From positions 68,431,095-68,471,926 of the forward strand of contig NC_068989.1 of assembly GCF_001194135.2 (NCBI RefSeq): 40,832 nucleotides of DNA, read 5' to 3'. The notes under the pieces were generated by a model. That model ran no database searches. It was not told where the DNA came from and was given only the letters and a program-made list of their open reading frames with translations. Positions 1 through 11,034 of the stretch are shown here, piece by piece. The stretch comes from Octopus bimaculoides. Taxonomy: Eukaryota. The position numbers and the translations under genes were made by a program. Position 1 is the stretch's first letter. Every line of letters begins with the position of its first letter.

Positions 1-40
<40 letters not shown>

Positions 41-41
<1 letters not shown>

Positions 42-215
42 GAGAATGCATGGCCAAGTGATTAGAGTACAGCATCTTGTGATCACGGGATTGCAGTTTC
101 ACTCCGAATGACCCGTCCTTGTTTTCTTTGTATCGTCTATCTGGATGTTTTGTTGTTCCTCTTTTGTATTACCTAAATGTCTGGATGTTTTGCGTTCTTG
201 TCCCATTTTGTATTT
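41..215 (+). mobile_element. Degenerate tRNA-derived SINE-like head plus pyrimidine-rich body
   Basis: GCATGGCCAAGTGATTAG (A-box-like) ... GCAGTTTCACTCC (B-box-like); internal direct repeat TCTGGATGTTTTG at ~140 and ~180; bounded by (TA)n. Confidence 0.4.
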
Positions 216-221
216 TTATAT

Positions 222-463
222 ATATATAATTGCTAAACAGGACGTCAAACATTAAGACAAGGCAAACATATCAAGTCATATACAATATTACAGGAAGAAA
301 TTCAAAGTCCTACAGCCGTTTCTGGGATATCCTCACGTATGGGATATTCCGTCATCAGAGACAACCTGGGAAAAAATATGGAAAATCAGAATGGTATATA
401 TCATCATATTGGTATATGTTTTCCTTGCCTTAATGTTTGACGTCCTGTTTAACAATTATATAT
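222..463 (-). mobile_element. Small inverted-repeat element enclosing a hammerhead motif (Penelope-like/retrozyme-like derivative)
   Basis: 222-271 and 414-463 are 50-bp inverted repeats with 3 mismatches; the spacer contains the hammerhead-like motif at 307-362. Confidence 0.55.
307..362 (-). ncRNA. Type I minimal hammerhead ribozyme-like motif
   Basis: Minus strand: GUCU (stem I)-CUGAUGA-CGGAAUAUCC..GGAUAUCCCA (stem II, one internal mismatch, C-A closure)-GAAA-CGGCU-GUA-GGAC (stem I). ACGGCUGU is self-complementary with G-U pairs. Confidence 0.6.
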
Positions 464-598
464 CCGCTGCATCGGAAATATACTATGGCTTCATAACCAC
501 CGTCTCGGCTATAACCTTGGAGCCTAGTAATCCGTTACAACACTTACCTAGCGTACCTAATCGTTTAGATCACCTGTGAACTAAACCTCAATACTTTG

Positions 599-639
<41 letters not shown>

Positions 640-739
640 TTAATATAATTATTAATATTTAATAATAATTATTACCTATGAGGTTTTTATTCCCATGCTA
701 GCCACGTGATATGATCGGTATTTTATATAACGATCTTAT

Positions 740-801
<62 letters not shown>

Positions 802-806
802 ATATC

Positions 807-1020
807 AGCTTTAAACAGAGTCTAGACAGTTTTCCAGTTTTCTTCAAAGAATACCAGACAAGCCACCCATACTGGGATACAACTCACTCAATAAGAACTC
901 ACTACTTGAATGGACCATAGACAAAACTTGACTGTAAAAAGGATTTAGATAATCCTATCAGGTGGTGCTATTAAGTTAGATATGGCCTGGACCAATCTTT
1001 GGTCGAAACATATCTAAGTT
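807..1020 (+). mobile_element. 3' end of CR1-group LINE (RT C-terminus and 3' UTR hairpin)
   Basis: Frameshifted [32 protein letters not shown] matches the 31656-32015 ORF ([33 protein letters not shown]). Hairpin TTAGATATG 976-984 / CATATCTAA 1009-1017 with inner GACC/GGTC. Confidence 0.8.
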
Positions 1021-1170
1021 TTTATATAAATACACTCACACACACACGCAGAAAGCGCTTGATACATATATAACATACATAAATATACATGAACGTATAT
1101 ATACAAACAAATATATATATACACACATATACATATATGGATATATGAACCTATATATGTACATATATAT

Positions 1171-1284
1171 NNNNNNNNNNNNNNNNNNNNNNNNNNNNNN
1201 NNNNNNNNNNNNNNNNNNNNNNNNNNNNNNNNNNNNNNNNNNNNNNNNNNNNNNNNNNNNNNNNNNNNNNNNNNNNNNNNNNNN
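1171..1284. other. Assembly gap
   Basis: Run of N flanked by TA-rich microsatellite. Confidence 1.
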
Positions 1285-1345
1285 ATGTGCATATATATGT
1301 TTGTGTGTGTGTATGTGTGTATGCATATATACACATGTCTGTATA

Positions 1346-1394
<49 letters not shown>

Positions 1395-2588
1395 CATTGT
1401 TTGTAGGTAATAATGTAGCTCTTAGCGTTTGTAGACAGTGTGGCGATACATTAATAATGCAAATATTCAGTAACGAGAAAAATTAAAATGACAAATTGCC
1501 AATTATGAGAAGGACTTCAACTACGTTAATTCATCAAGACTGAATAAAGAAACAAATGACTTATTCATCAGGTAGCTGTTTCTTTACCTTCCCCATCATA
1601 TGAATAATGTTAGATTAGCTGCATTTTAATAATGACGAATGATTAAGACAAAATTTGTCTCCCCGACAATTTTAAATCTAAATAGATTTTTTTAAAAATG
1701 TGTTTGATATTTTTAAATGCAAATATTAACACAGCTATTCTGAATGGCTATCACATGGTTTACGCAGTGAGTTAGAAAACAATCTTATTTTCGTTGTATA
1801 AATAGCAGTTTAGAATATTCTAATCATGGAAATATTTATTTTAATGTTTAACTTTTGTAAAGTACACATAGCCAGAGAAGGCTGTTCATTATCTTAGCTG
1901 GTTTGATATGAGCTCCGCCTTCACAACATTAACTGGTGGAGGAGTGTAGATATGATTTAGTACTCAAACCTTAAACCTTATTTTTATATTATTATTTTTT
2001 GGCTGCATATTCACATATTCTGCATCGAAGAATCATATTGATATAATACACAGAATAACAAAATTTCTTTTTTAAAATTTCGCTCTAAATTCTAATCAGC
2101 TATTTTCTCGGAACTAGACACAGGTTAATCTTTGTTTTTCCATTTCTACCTAATTAAAAAACAAATTTTACTAATTAAAGAACTAGCATTTGCGTTGATT
2201 TGTCTTGTTTAATTACGCACGCTTATAAACAAGCATGTCTACAGATATGTGAATATGTATGAGCATACATTTAAAGAAGCACGAAGTTATAATGAAGAAC
2301 TTGATAGACGCTAGGAATGTTGTGGTTGTATTCATCTTTTAGCTCAGCATAACATCTTCTGTTTTCTCCAAACATATGATTAGTAATGGAATAGGATTTT
2401 ACAGTGAAAGAAAAGGTGTACAATTCAAAAGGTAAGATATACATCACAATATAATTTTATATATATCGTAGTAAATGTGCATATACAATTTTACTGTTGT
2501 TGGTGCCGTTTATCCCCAGGTTAGACATAAATCAAACAGACCTATGTATATATATATATATACATGTATATGTGTATGTAAATATATA

Positions 2589-2621
<33 letters not shown>

Positions 2622-2843
2622 TCAATACTTTCTACATTCAATACTTTCTTTCATGGTGCCATCCATTTTTATTTTATTTTATTTTATATTTTATATTGTA
2701 TATTATATTATATATTGTATATTCCATATTCTATACCTCACATTAGTTCTGCAGGAACTCTTTTAAGCAAAATAATATATTCCTCTATACACAATCATAC
2801 AAAAAAACCCACCTTTTTTGTATTTATTTTTACTCGCATATAT

Positions 2844-3048
2844 NNNNNNNNNNNNNNNNNNNNNNNNNNNNNNNNNNNNNNNNNNNNNNNNNNNNNNNNN
2901 NNNNNNNNNNNNNNNNNNNNNNNNNNNNNNNNNNNNNNNNNNNNNNNNNNNNNNNNNNNNNNNNNNNNNNNNNNNNNNNNNNNNNNNNNNNNNNNNNNNN
3001 NNNNNNNNNNNNNNNNNNNNNNNNNNNNNNNNNNNNNNNNNNNNNNNN
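2844..3048. other. Assembly gap
   Basis: Run of N flanked by (TA)n. Confidence 1.
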
Positions 3049-4548
3049 TATATATATATATATATATATATATATCACTTGGAGTGTTTAAATGTAGTTA
3101 CAATATGTCCTTCTATTGAAATGAAATTTCAGTAAATTTTCTGTATCTTTGTACAGCTGAAGATTGCTCTGCATTTTACATTTAATGTTAAACTACTGAT
3201 GACTAACGTTTCCAGAATTTACAGGTTGCGGGATCTACTCAGAAACCTTTTGATAATCAATATACGTCTTGATCATCCCAGTCTTTCTCCTTAAATAATC
3301 TCCAATTGCAAGTGGGATGAAGAGTCGCTGAAGAGGCCCTGGGGCGTGTGATTTCCAGATTTGCAGAAAGGTTTCCAGATAAAGGACATAAAATAAGAAC
3401 AATAATAAATCTGAAACGAAAAACGAATATATAGCGCGTGTGTTTATTTGGTAAAATTTGACTATCCCAAAATATAAAAATATAACAAAATCTTCGCTTA
3501 TAATTTCGAATAATCAGTAATTGAGTTGTACAGCTTTATGAACATTTAGAACAGGTATTCCAATGACAAAGCTGGGAATCCTGAAAGTAGAACATTTTAC
3601 AATGTACAGAAATGAGAACATAAGATAGGAAGATATAAATTCTTCAATTAAAAATGAACTAAATGCTTAAAGTCAGATAATAGGTATCAACACCATTGAT
3701 AAGCTTGAGCTAAATATCTAAATTGGAAAACGAGCGAATTGCCAAAATAAATTGGAAACAAAAAAGATAAAACAATTCTATTTAGAATGCAGTACACAAT
3801 CTCCAGACATATCTAGAGTATATCAGCTAAAGTAAAAGACATCTTATGCAATTAGAAATTAATCTAAAATAGCTTGTATAGGATTATAAAAATGTCTAGT
3901 TGAGAATAAATTTAAGCTAACGCAAATATCTAGAAGACATGAAGGAAACAGTCTTCTTTCTTGCGTGGGGTATATTCTTCAACAAATCTGACTACGAGAA
4001 AATAGGGTAAACCTCATTATAAAGAGAAATTCAAAACAAACGTGTAATAAATATCTAAGAAAATACTGATACTAAAACTATAAAATGTTCATAGAAAGCA
4101 ATAAAATCTGTAATACGGTCAATATCTAAGGCAAATGAACAAAGTAGCTTTAGGGCTGGAACACGCTTCGTTGGTTCAGAAGACAAGAACTTAGGCTGAA
4201 ATGCGTTCCCTGTTGTGGCATAAGACTTAAACCGTAAATGAGTGTATAGAAATCAACAGTAGATTGTGAGATAGCAAGTATTGATTACATCGTCTGTATA
4301 TACTACGTATTGAAAATATATGTAGGTTTTTCAAAACTTGAGAACTGTGTGTGTGTGTGTGTGTATGTATGTGTGTATGTGTGTATGTAAGTAGACTCAT
4401 ACACTTTCTCACGATCAGTAAATATTAAGCCGGTGACGATCAAAATGAGGTGTGTCTAAATAAAAACGAAAAAGAGAGTAGAGGTAAACAGCGGTCGAAG
4501 CAGTAACAACAGCGCGTCTGTGACAGTGTGTGTGCGTGCGTGTGCCTC

Positions 4549-4579
<31 letters not shown>

Positions 4580-4853
4580 TGTATTATATTATTTTATATA
4601 TTATATTATATATCATATCATATAGTAATATTTCGGTAAAAAGCGAAGATGAAAGAATTGTGATATGCAATAAGGCATGATTACTATCTTGTTTACACCT
4701 TTTTATATCTATTGTACGGATATTCATGAATTTCCGGATGCATCTTCATCTGTTTTCGTTGTGAAACTTCACTTTGTTGCCGATATATATGGGTGAGCTC
4801 TATAAAGCTAGCTACGAGTTCACACCTAAACTGAATTGATATATATCAACGTT

Positions 4854-5064
4854 AAGTCAGCGAGCTGGCAGAAACGCTAGCACGCCGGGCGAAATGCTTA
4901 ACGGTATTTCGTCTGTCTTTACGTCCTGAATTCAAATTCCGCCGAGGTCGACTTTGCTTTTCATCCTTAAGGGGGTTAATAAATTAAGTGCCAGTTGCGT
5001 GCTAGGGTCAGTCGAATGGTCCCCTCCCCATAAATTTCGGGCCTTATGCCTAGCGTAGAAAAAG
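4854..5064 (+). mobile_element. Full-length tRNA-derived SINE (family A) with 13-bp TSD
   Basis: GCGAGCTGGCAGAAACG head, GAATTCAAATTCC B-box, CTTTCATCC..AATTAAGTGCCAG core; TSD ATATATCAACGTT at 4841-4853 and 5065-5077. Confidence 0.85.
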
Positions 5065-5147
5065 ATATATCAACGTTGGAATTCGATCGAATGTCCTTCC
5101 TGAACCATTGGCTCATAAGGCTGGTCTCTGGGATTCTTTGGAATATA

Positions 5148-6816
5148 CAGTATCTCACAAAAGTATGTACACCCGCTAAACTTTTTCAGTAAAATTGCCA
5201 TTACTCTGATAATATCGAAGGAAATCAAGCGAAATTTATACTGAATAAAATATATTATACATGCAAACATTATACAAACTTGGAACACAAAATAAATATT
5301 TTCAAAGATATGAACAAAATATTAATTTTCAAACGTTACAAAAATATGTACACCCTATAGAAAATTTGCTATATTCAGTATTTTACTAAATTGCTGATAA
5401 TTTCAATTCTAATAAATTATTTCTCCTGGAATTTTTGCACCGGTCATTGTTATTGCATCTGCAGGAATTCTGATTTCCGTACCACCGTGAAAATCTTCAA
5501 TGTGGTTAAATGGCACCAAAAGGAAATAAATTGTCTGAAGATTTGAAGAAAATTATTTTTAAGTTGCACAAGAATGATATAAATTAATTAGCAAACTTAT
5601 ACATATTAGCGTAAACACAGTTGCCTAAGTAATTCAGAAGTACAGTACAAATCTACTAGACAGCTAAGCAATAAACATCGTTCATGTCGTCCTTCTATTT
5701 CAACTGCGCGTGATTTCGCCACTTCCAACTTTACGTGATGGACGACAGGCGTCGTACCGCTTCATCTTTGAGCCAAGAAGTGTCTTCTGTTAGTGGAAAA
5801 AGTGTATCCGCCCAAACAGTTCGCCGAAATTTGAACCAGTGTGGTTTTCATGGACGCATTCTTCGTAGGAAGCCTCTCCGCATATAAGCGATGAAATCGA
5901 TCTCCATTCGTCCTGAATATTGTCTTTCAACTGTGTTACATTGCTGGGTTTTTCGGCAAATGAAAGTCCTCTTTCATTTGCCGAAACTTATATGAGTAAG
6001 GGGAAGGGGTTTTGGAATGAAATTATTTTTTTCTGACGAGACTAAAATTAACTTGTTTGGGTCAGATGGTATTACACGAGTATAGCCACGACCAGGTGAA
6101 AATAGTAGCGAAAATGTACCGTGTTTACCATGAAATACGGCGGCAAAAGTGTTATGCTTTCGGGGTGCATGAGAGCGCTTGGTGTGGGAGGCTCACATTT
6201 ATTGAAAAAACAATAGATTCAATGCTTTATTGTGACATATTACAGAAAAATGTTGAAAAGCATAAAGGGACAAGGAAGACATTCCATGTCCCAACATGAT
6301 AATGACCCTAAACAAACACACTTCAAAGATGACGACTAAGTTTTTATGAGATAAAAAGGCAAAGGTATTGCCTTGGCCTACCATGTCACATGATTTAAAC
6401 CCAATAGAAGATCTGTGGTGTGTTTTGAAAAGGAAGGGGAGGAGAAAAACCCAGCAATGTAACACAGTTGAAAGACAATATTCAGGACGAATGGAGATCG
6501 ATTTCATCGCTTATATGCGGAAATTTAGTCAACTCTATGCCCAGAAGACTTAATGCAGTCATTAAAAGCAAGGGCGGTCACACCAAATTTTGAATACACC
6601 CTTTAGAGTGTACGTATTTTTGTATCGTTTGAAAATTAATATTTCGTTCATATCTTTGAAAATGTTTATTGTTTTGTGTTCCTAATTTGTATAATGTTTG
6701 CATGTATATTATATTTTGTTCAGTATAAATTTCCTTTGATTTCTTTTGATATTATCAGAGTAATGGCAATTTTACTGAAATTTTTTAGGGGGTGTACATA
6801 CTACTGTGAGATACTG
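5148..6816 (+). mobile_element. Full-length defective Tc1-family DNA transposon, IR/DR type, 1669 bp
   Basis: ~210-bp TIRs (5148-5358, 6603-6816) starting CAGTATCTCACA, each with outer and inner copies of an ACAAAA(G/A)TATGTACACCC-like motif; TA at 5146-5147 and 6817-6818. Confidence 0.95.
5510..6593 (+). pseudogene. Tc1 DD34E transposase pseudogene
   Basis: MAPKGNKLSEDLKKII.., TVRRNLNQCGFHGRILRRKPL, FWNEIIFSDETKINLFGSDG, QHDNDPK, WPTMSHDLNPIEDLW, SMPRRLNAVIKSKGGHTKF*. 34 residues between D2 and E after removing a 4-bp insertion; several stops and frameshifts. Confidence 0.93.
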
Positions 6817-6828
6817 TATATTTACCCC

Positions 6829-7488
6829 CACGGACGGCATACTCATTTTTGCCATCTGGAGCAAGGTAAAATGAAGTGGGTTTCTTTGGGGCTTTTTTTC
6901 CCTAAATGGTGCAACGAGTTCCTGGTCCAAGAATCGAAACCACAAAAACTGAAGATTGGTGTTTTATGCTTCGTGTTGTGCGCCAATCTCAGCCAAAAAG
7001 CGTTGAAGGCTTAAGGATCCACTAGTAACCACAATGACATACTACAAATTGAAAGCTCATTTGAAAGTTCTAATGTTTTATTGCAAATCAAGATAATTAC
7101 TGACAGTAAATAGGCCTTCGAAAAACAGACTTTTCTCGGGTTTCTATTTATCTGAGAAGTCTTTCAAAATCATTTCTAATTCAATGGTTTTTGTAATATA
7201 TTCTATAGATAGCATCGCCAAATTATTTAGTCTCTCTTGTGAAATAGTTGATTGTAGGTATTTTTTAATCGGTTTTAGGTTTGAAAAATTTCTTTTAGCT
7301 GATGCATGCGATTGTTACGGGCATTGTTAAGTAAATCCCGAAAGAAATAAAAAAAACATTAGGAAATATTTCATTCATGCGTGTCATCCGCTCGAGCAAG
7401 TGCGCTGTGCCCACTCTGGGCGCAAGACCCTCTCTTTGTGCGGGGCCCAATTTAAGCAAATGTCTCTGATTGGCTTAAACCGGCCCCG
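6829..7488 (-). mobile_element. Internally deleted hAT transposon with dimerisation-domain remnant
   Basis: Minus strand ~7378-7128 encodes IYLTMPVTIA (frameshift) AKRNFSNLKPIKKYLQSTISQERLNNLAMLSIE, a hAT C-terminal dimerisation motif. Terminus GGCTTAAACCGGCCCCG at 7472-7488; left end degenerate; no TSD found. Confidence 0.75.
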
Positions 7489-7490
7489 TA

Positions 7491-7543
7491 CACACACACA
7501 CACACACACGCACACACATACACACACACATATACATACACAC

Positions 7544-7593
<50 letters not shown>
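7491..7593. repeat. Compound (CA)n/(GATA)n microsatellite
   Basis: Read directly. Confidence 0.95.
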
Positions 7594-7595
<2 letters not shown>

Positions 7596-8210
7596 ATATT
7601 TTCTCTACCCATTCCGTGTATTATATATGTTTATGAACTTTTCCGCATTTATGACTATTGTTCTCTAACACGTTTTGTATCATACGTTTAGGATGTTGCG
7701 GATGATAAAGAAATAATGCTAGCGCGGAAGAGCATCGAGAAAAGTGTTTTGCGGTATTATTATTTTTTTTTTTTTGCATCCTGAGTTCAAATTTTGTCGA
7801 TACTAACTTTGCTTTACAATCTCTGAGATCTTTAAAATACAGCGCTATTCAAGTAGTGGGGTGAGAGGATGAAAGAAAGTCCTATCCAAATAGTGGAGTC
7901 GACGCTATCACTTAATCCACTTATCATCTTGTGAGTAAATCCGAAATAATTGTAACCTGTGGATAATAACAATTGGTTTTTCCATACATTTTTAAATCTA
8001 TAAATTATAGTCGTCGTGAAACACTGGGTGTAATGACTGGAAAGACCTGTAGCTGAAGCAATTTATTTTCGTTTGCTTGAAATATTGAGTGGCAGAGAGA
8101 TATATCAGTTCGCAGTTTCTTTTGTAGACAAATATTCAGATCGATGTTCGAAATAAGTTCGACATAAGTAAACATATCTTTATTTACCTAGATGCAGGCA
8201 TAACTGAAAT

Positions 8211-8378
8211 TATCTTTGACTGGTTTTAGTCATTGAACTGCGGCTATGCTATAGTACCATCATAAAAGGTTTTAGTTGAACGATTCGACTCCAGTAACTA
8301 TTTTTCCTTTAAAGTTCAGTACTTGTTCTATCAGTGTCTTTTGCCAAACCACTAAGTTACGGGAACATACACCAAAAT
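8211..8378 (-). mobile_element. 3' portion of SINE with CR1-type hairpin tail
   Basis: Similar to 40596-40810 (GTTTTAGTCATTGAACTGCGGCTATGCT; CTAAGTTACGGGAA). Confidence 0.65.
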
Positions 8379-9773
8379 ATAGCAAGAGATAAACAATCGG
8401 CCACTATTCCATTTTGAAGTCATGCCTTTCAAATACATTGTTAGCTATGTCATACATAATACCTTTATATAAAAGAAGGTGACAATATCTTATGTCCTAC
8501 AGAAAAATGCAGTTTAGAGCACAAGAGATTTGGAGCACAGATTTTAACGAGAATTTTGAACAGAGTAGGGTCTAGATAATGTAAATCTTCCAAAAATACA
8601 GAGGGCACAGGAGGTGAGTTTCGGTGACAGAGATGGGGTCGTGATTTAATGGTAAAGAATTTTTGTAGATATTTATCTCTCAAGTTCATTTGAAAGACAA
8701 GTTTTATTTGGGGTGTTTGGTTTGCATTGTACATATTTAAGAGACCATCTAACATAGGAAAGCGGATATTGCGAATAGCTTGAAGGAACGCAGGATGTAA
8801 CATTTCGTTGCAATACGGCAGCTGTTTTTTTTTCCGAGGAATGGAATCAATAAACTGATACTTCTATGTTCGGCGATATCACTCGTATTCTCGTATTCAC
8901 ATTAATTTGTTCCTCTTTCATCTTCCCCCTTTACCCTTGTGTTCCTTCTTCATTTTTTCTATGACTTTCTTGGTTATTTCACTTCTTCTTTGCTTTACTT
9001 CATTTAGCTTTCTCTTTCAATTTTCCGTTGTCCAAGTCTATCTTTCTAAGTGAGTGGGGGGTGGGATGCTCGTGCAACGTGCTCGTGCAACGTGCTCTTG
9101 TCAACATCGGAAGATAAATAAGCAGATGCATTAAAAGGTAACTATCATGCTTGAAGGTAGATAGAAATGTTTATATGATAAGTGGTATATATACACATAT
9201 GTGTATGTATGTATGTATGTATGTATGTACGTATGCATGTATGTATGCATGCATGTATGTATGTATGTATGTATGATAGTATGGCTGTATGTATATGTAT
9301 ATCTTTAAGTCTTGCATTCAGAGAAATGAAGTGCGCATGAACGCGAAAAGATAATTTTCTGAGATTATTCATGCAGTATTCTGCTTCCAGCATTACATTA
9401 TCTTTAACACTATCGATGTTTAATATTACTAATGAAATTAGCATTATATTTTGAATTGGAAGGAAAATAACTGTAGTATTGATGATAATGTTATGCCGAA
9501 AACAGTAGTATACGAGTTTATCTTTTAATGATTCTGAGACCCGGTTTCGATCTAGCCATTGAAATTCTTGAAAGCCCTAACATTTTTCATTTTCTAATTA
9601 CCTATTAAACTGAGACATTCTACCATTCTAAAACGATATTATGACAGCAAAAAGAGATAGCTGAATATGTTTGTTTTGTTTTGTCTTTCTTTTTTTTTTT
9701 GCTGGAACCCTCAAGTAGCAGCGTTATAATAACTGAAGCATTTTTAAGAAGGACGGCTGTGCAGATGTGACCA

Positions 9774-9940
9774 TAGGAGCAGGGGTGGCTGTGTGGTCAA
9801 GAAGCTTGTTTCCCGACCATGTGGTTTTATGTTCAGTCCCACTGCGATGCACCTTGTGCAGGTGTCTTCTACTATAACTCAGACCAAGACCTTCTGAGTG
9901 GGTTTGGTAGATGGGAACTGAAAGAAGTCCATCGAATATA
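9774..9940 (+). mobile_element. tRNA-derived CORE-type SINE, 5' part
   Basis: GGTGGCTGTGTGGTCAAG head, GTTCAGTCCC B-box, CORE-like GCACCTTGTGCAGGTGTCTTCTACTATA. Confidence 0.7.
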
Positions 9941-9949
9941 TTTTCTAGT

Positions 9950-10318
9950 TACTTCACACTGCTGCCAAGTTGGGGCACTGCCTTAAAGAATTGTAGCCAC
10001 ACAAATGAACCCTAGCACTCTTTTATTAACCTGGCACTTATTTTATCGGTTTCTTTTCCTGAACTTCCAAGTTACAAGGACGTTAACACACCAACACAGA
10101 TATGAAGCGGTGGTTAGAGACAAACATAGACACAAAGAAACACACACACATACGTACGTGTGTGTGTACGACGGTCTTCTTTTAGTTACCATTTACTAAA
10201 GTGACACACAAGGCTTTGGTCGGCGCAAAATTATAGCCAAACATGCCGTTCACGGAGGACTAAATTTGAAACTATGTTGTTAGAAAGCAAACTTATCATG
10301 CAGCTACACCAACGCCTA
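9950..10318 (-). mobile_element. Degenerate near-full-length CORE-type SINE, tail-to-tail with the previous copy
   Basis: Reverse complement shows head (~10318), CORE-like segment, internal (GT)n and tail segment. Confidence 0.6.
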
Positions 10319-10379
10319 TATATATATAGTCTGATGTGGTCTCCGCTCACATCAGTGTGTACACTATTTGCGTTTGGCA

Positions 10380-10625
10380 CCAACTTTAAGGGATGTCGTC
10401 GTCTTTAGAGCCTTGGGACTTCCAAACAAGCAAGCAGCTGTCTTTGTCTCCCACCACGTTTTGACAATCGTTGTCGGCTTGTTCACGTCCTATAACTTAG
10501 CGCTTTAGCAAAAATGAATGATAGAATGCGTAACAGACTTAAAAATAGTACTGGGGTCGATTTTTTTCAACTAATTCTTTCAAAGTTGGCCGCAGTCCAA
10601 TGGCTGAAACAAGCAAAAGATGAAA
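10380..10625 (+). mobile_element. 3' portion of SINE with CR1-type hairpin tail
   Basis: GTACTGGGGTCGAT core; ends TTGGCCGCAGTCCAATGGCTGAAACAAGCAAAAG. Confidence 0.65.
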
Positions 10626-10651
10626 ATAAAAAAATATAACATATACACTAT

Positions 10652-11034
10652 GTGTGTTGGCACTCCGTCGCTTACGACGAGGTGGGTTCCAGTTGATCTG
10701 ATCAACGGAACAACCTGCTCGTGAAATTAACGTGAAAGTGGCTGAGCACTCCACAGACACGTGCACCCTTAACGTAGTTCTCGGGGATATTCAACGTGAC
10801 ACAGAGTGTGACAAGGCTGGCCCCTTTGAATTACAGGCACAACAGAAACAGGAATTAAGAGTGAGAGAAAGTTGTGGTGAAAGTGTACAGCAGGGTTCAC
10901 CATCACCCTTGCCGGAGCCTCGTGGAACTTTAGGTGCTTTCGCTCAATAAACACTCACAACGGTCTGGGAATCGAAAGTGCGATCCTATAACCGCGAGTC
11001 CGCTGCCCTGACCACTGGGCCATTGCGCCTCCAC
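10652..11034 (-). mobile_element. Full-length tRNA-derived SINE (family B) with 13-bp TSD
   Basis: Minus head GGAGGCGCAATGGCCCAGTGG (A box)..TTCGATTCCC (B box); highly similar to 26236-26613; TSD ACATATACACTAT at 10639-10651 and 11035-11047. Confidence 0.9.

Noticed and set aside
973-1020. Hairpin with GACC/GGTC-GAAAC resembling a type III hammerhead
   Set aside because: No CUGANGA or UH site; it sits at a LINE 3' end and matches the CATGRCC..GAAAC tail motif, so it is better explained as the RT-recognition stem-loop.
711-1486. ORFs rich in YI/CV/HT repeats here and throughout the track
   Set aside because: Translations of (TA)n, (TG)n, (CA)n and N gaps; the same applies to poly-S, poly-N, poly-L, poly-I and RE repeats elsewhere.
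1545-1610. CTGATGA and GAAACAGCT on the minus strand
   Set aside because: Wrong order and spacing; no stem II or UH site.
3710-4130. Recurring AATATCTA motif about every 70-120 bp
   Set aside because: Irregular spacing and no unit-level similarity; plausible by chance in AT-rich DNA or a decayed LINE.
5070-7014. Two ORFs with near-identical N-termini (MFQVCIMFAC../MFLICIMFAC..)
   Set aside because: They are translations of the two Tc1 terminal inverted repeats.
8503-8613. Plus-strand segment with CTACAG acceptor and GAG|GTGAGT donor
   Set aside because: Stop codons in all three frames; a non-coding exon cannot be supported without RNA data.
9530-9560. Minus-strand GAAACCGGGUC resembling a hammerhead 3' half
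   Set aside because: No upstream CUGANGA or matching stem I.
10652-11034. tRNA-like head as a tRNA gene (also 26236-26613)
   Set aside because: No complete acceptor stem; it continues into a SINE body and is flanked by TSDs.
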